Shown here piece by piece: positions 16,792 to 17,866 of a stretch of 17,866 nt of DNA; position 1 is the first letter of the stretch; each line of letters opens with the position of its first letter. The notes beneath the pieces are model-generated. The model worked only from the letters and a program-made list of their open reading frames with translations. It was not told where the DNA came from and did not search any database. This DNA is from Candidatus Nanohaloarchaea archaeon (GTDB lineage: Archaea > Nanohalarchaeota > Nanosalinia > Nanosalinales > Nanosalinaceae), in NCBI GenBank assembly GCA_046497485.1, contig JAWOFP010000001.1, forward strand, positions 1-17,866, given 5' to 3'. The position numbers and the translations under genes are program-made.

Positions 16792-17004
16792 ATGCAGGTA
16801 ACAATGGTTAGAGATGATCTATCTGATGAGACTGTAGATGATTTTGAGGTAAGTGAAGGCCTGAAAGTTGGAGAGTTTCTAGATCAGCAAGGTATTGAGA
16901 GGCAAGAGGTACTGGTTTCTAGGGATGGAAAGATTATTTCTGAGACTGCCGAGTTAGAGGATGGTGATGAGATTAATGTTTTCGATGTTATCGCAGGCGG
17001 TTAA
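16792..17004 (+). CDS. Ubiquitin-like beta-grasp protein (SAMP/MoaD/ThiS family)
   Basis: 70 aa ending LEDGDEINVFDVIAGG with C-terminal di-glycine; GAGGTG SD-like motif at 16780-16785. Confidence 0.9.
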   Translation: MQVTMVRDDLSDETVDDFEVSEGLKVGEFLDQQGIERQEVLVSRDGKIISETAELEDGDEINVFDVIAGG

Positions 17005-17035
17005 AATTTAAACTATAGGCCTCAATTCTTGTTTT

Positions 17036-17362
17036 ATGCAGTTCTTTGATGTGGAGGATAAGTCTGAGCGCGATATTGTTTTTGATGTCTTTGATTTGAA
17101 TGATCTTCAGAAATCTATTTTTGATACTTTGGAAGATCGGACTTTGACTGTTCAGGAGATTGCTGATGCTGTTGATAGGAATCGTTCGACTGTTCAAAGG
17201 GCTTTACAGGAGATGACTGATAAAGATTTATTGATGCGCGAAGGTAAGACTGATAAGACGGTCTACTATGTCTATACTTCGCTTCCTATGGATGAGATCA
17301 GAGATATTACTTCTGATGCTTTAGAGGAGTGGCATGAAACGATTCAAGGTAAGCTGGATTAG
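17036..17362 (+). CDS. Winged-HTH transcriptional regulator (TrmB-like)
   Basis: LTVQEIADAVDRNRSTVQRALQEM helix-turn-helix followed by YYVY wing; own TTTAAA box at 17007-17012. Confidence 0.88.
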   Translation: MQFFDVEDKSERDIVFDVFDLNDLQKSIFDTLEDRTLTVQEIADAVDRNRSTVQRALQEMTDKDLLMREGKTDKTVYYVYTSLPMDEIRDITSDALEEWHETIQGKLD

Positions 17363-17649
17363 AATTCCCAGAATAAGTATCCTAGATAGATTAATGCGAC
17401 TCCCTCGCTGATTAGAGGAAATAAAGGCCTGATTTCTATACCTGCGATTAATGATAGTACTCCTATTCCCAGGAAGAGGCCTAGAACCTGTTTTGATTCT
17501 TCTAGGACTAGTTCTTCTACTTTTTCCAAGGTAAGTTCATCTTTCGATCTAAATAAGACTATTAGAAGATAGAATTTTGCGAATACTGCTGTTGTGTGCC
17601 AAGAGGCCTCTACTATATCGTAGCCTGTGGATGTTAGAAATTCAATCAT
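17359..17649 (-). CDS. Small membrane protein (about 3 TM), unknown function
   Basis: 96-aa ORF with three hydrophobic segments; convergent 4-nt overlap with the HTH gene. Confidence 0.7.
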   Translation of the reverse strand: MIEFLTSTGYDIVEASWHTTAVFAKFYLLIVLFRSKDELTLEKVEELVLEESKQVLGLFLGIGVLSLIAGIEIRPLFPLISEGVALIYLGYLFWEF

Positions 17650-17698
17650 TTTGGGTGAAAGGCCTGATGGTTAGAAAAGGGTTAGGAAATGAGAATAT

Positions 17699-17866
17699 TT
17701 AGTTTTCCTGTTCTTCATCGACCTGGCTGGTCTGGAAGTCCTTAATTATGATTATATCGTCAATGGACTGAACCATTCTGTAAGGAATCACAACATTTTT
17801 GCTTCCTCCGACCTTCTGTGCGAGGTATGATCCTTTTTCTGCACCTACTACTACTGCTCTAACGGC
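17699..17866 (-). CDS. PRC-barrel domain protein, 5'-truncated by window edge
   Basis: Not in ORF track. Manual translation: AVRAVVVGAEKGSYLAQKVGGSKNVVIPYRMVQSIDDIIIIKDFQTSQVDEEQEN*; VIPYxxVxxIxDIIII is the archaeal PRC-barrel C-terminal motif. Confidence 0.8.
   Translation of the reverse strand, partial: AVRAVVVGAEKGSYLAQKVGGSKNVVIPYRMVQSIDDIIIIKDFQTSQVDEEQEN

Larger units (their letters stand above)
816..17665. repeat. Dispersed highly iterated palindrome AGGCCT (about 70 copies)
   Basis: Manual count of about 70 exact copies, e.g. starts at 816, 1113, 1444, 1655, 2471, 3242, 3267, 4763, 6721, 8405, 9053, 11401, 12241, 14883, 16443, 17017, 17660. Confidence 0.9.

Noticed and set aside
670..17197. 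Short alternative ORFs in the track (e.g. 670-942, 982-1188, 1288-1623, 1972-2301, 5933-6322, 10833-11120, 11352-11684, 15625-15831, 16988-17197)
   Set aside because: Antisense or out-of-frame shadows of well-supported genes with no recognisable motifs.
816..17665. Longer palindromic consensus around AGGCCT (e.g. TGAGGCCTCA at 4761 and 9051, TCAAGGCCTTGA at 7187)
   Set aside because: Only about 22 of 70 sites extend to an 8-bp palindrome versus about 25% expected by chance, and flanks are diverse; the motif looks like a 6-mer.
816..17665. AGGCCT repeats as a CRISPR array, REP or MITE element
   Set aside because: Copies are only 6 bp, irregularly spaced, mostly inside intact coding sequence, and share no flanking sequence.

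Overview
Compact, gene-dense archaeal chromosomal segment (GC roughly 40-43% by eye). Acidic soluble proteins, archaeal markers (nac, aglB, secF-secD, SAMP-like protein, PRC-barrel) and apparently leaderless TATA-driven genes fit a small-genome extreme halophile, most plausibly Nanohaloarchaeota (inference). Left to right: 3' part of an AbiEii-type nucleotidyltransferase, a CysD-like PP-loop enzyme, vapBC, a membrane-anchored Lon/S16 protease domain, a formyltransferase, an RHH-nucleotidyltransferase fusion, a cupin, small membrane proteins, a secreted lamin-tail-domain protein, AI-2E and TctA-family transporters, NAC, SecD/SecF, AglB coupled to an Alg7/AglH-like GT4 enzyme, an unannotated CPxCG zinc-finger microprotein, an Ogg1-type glycosylase, a ubiquitin-like protein, an HTH regulator and a partial PRC-barrel gene. 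The strongest unexplained signal is the palindrome AGGCCT: about 70 copies by manual count versus about 3 expected, in all codon phases and in intergenic DNA, resembling the cyanobacterial highly iterated palindrome HIP1. The second is an RHH DNA-binding domain fused to a nucleotidyltransferase lacking its catalytic loop, a candidate sugar-nucleotide-sensing regulator. No rRNA, tRNA, CRISPR array or transposase was seen.
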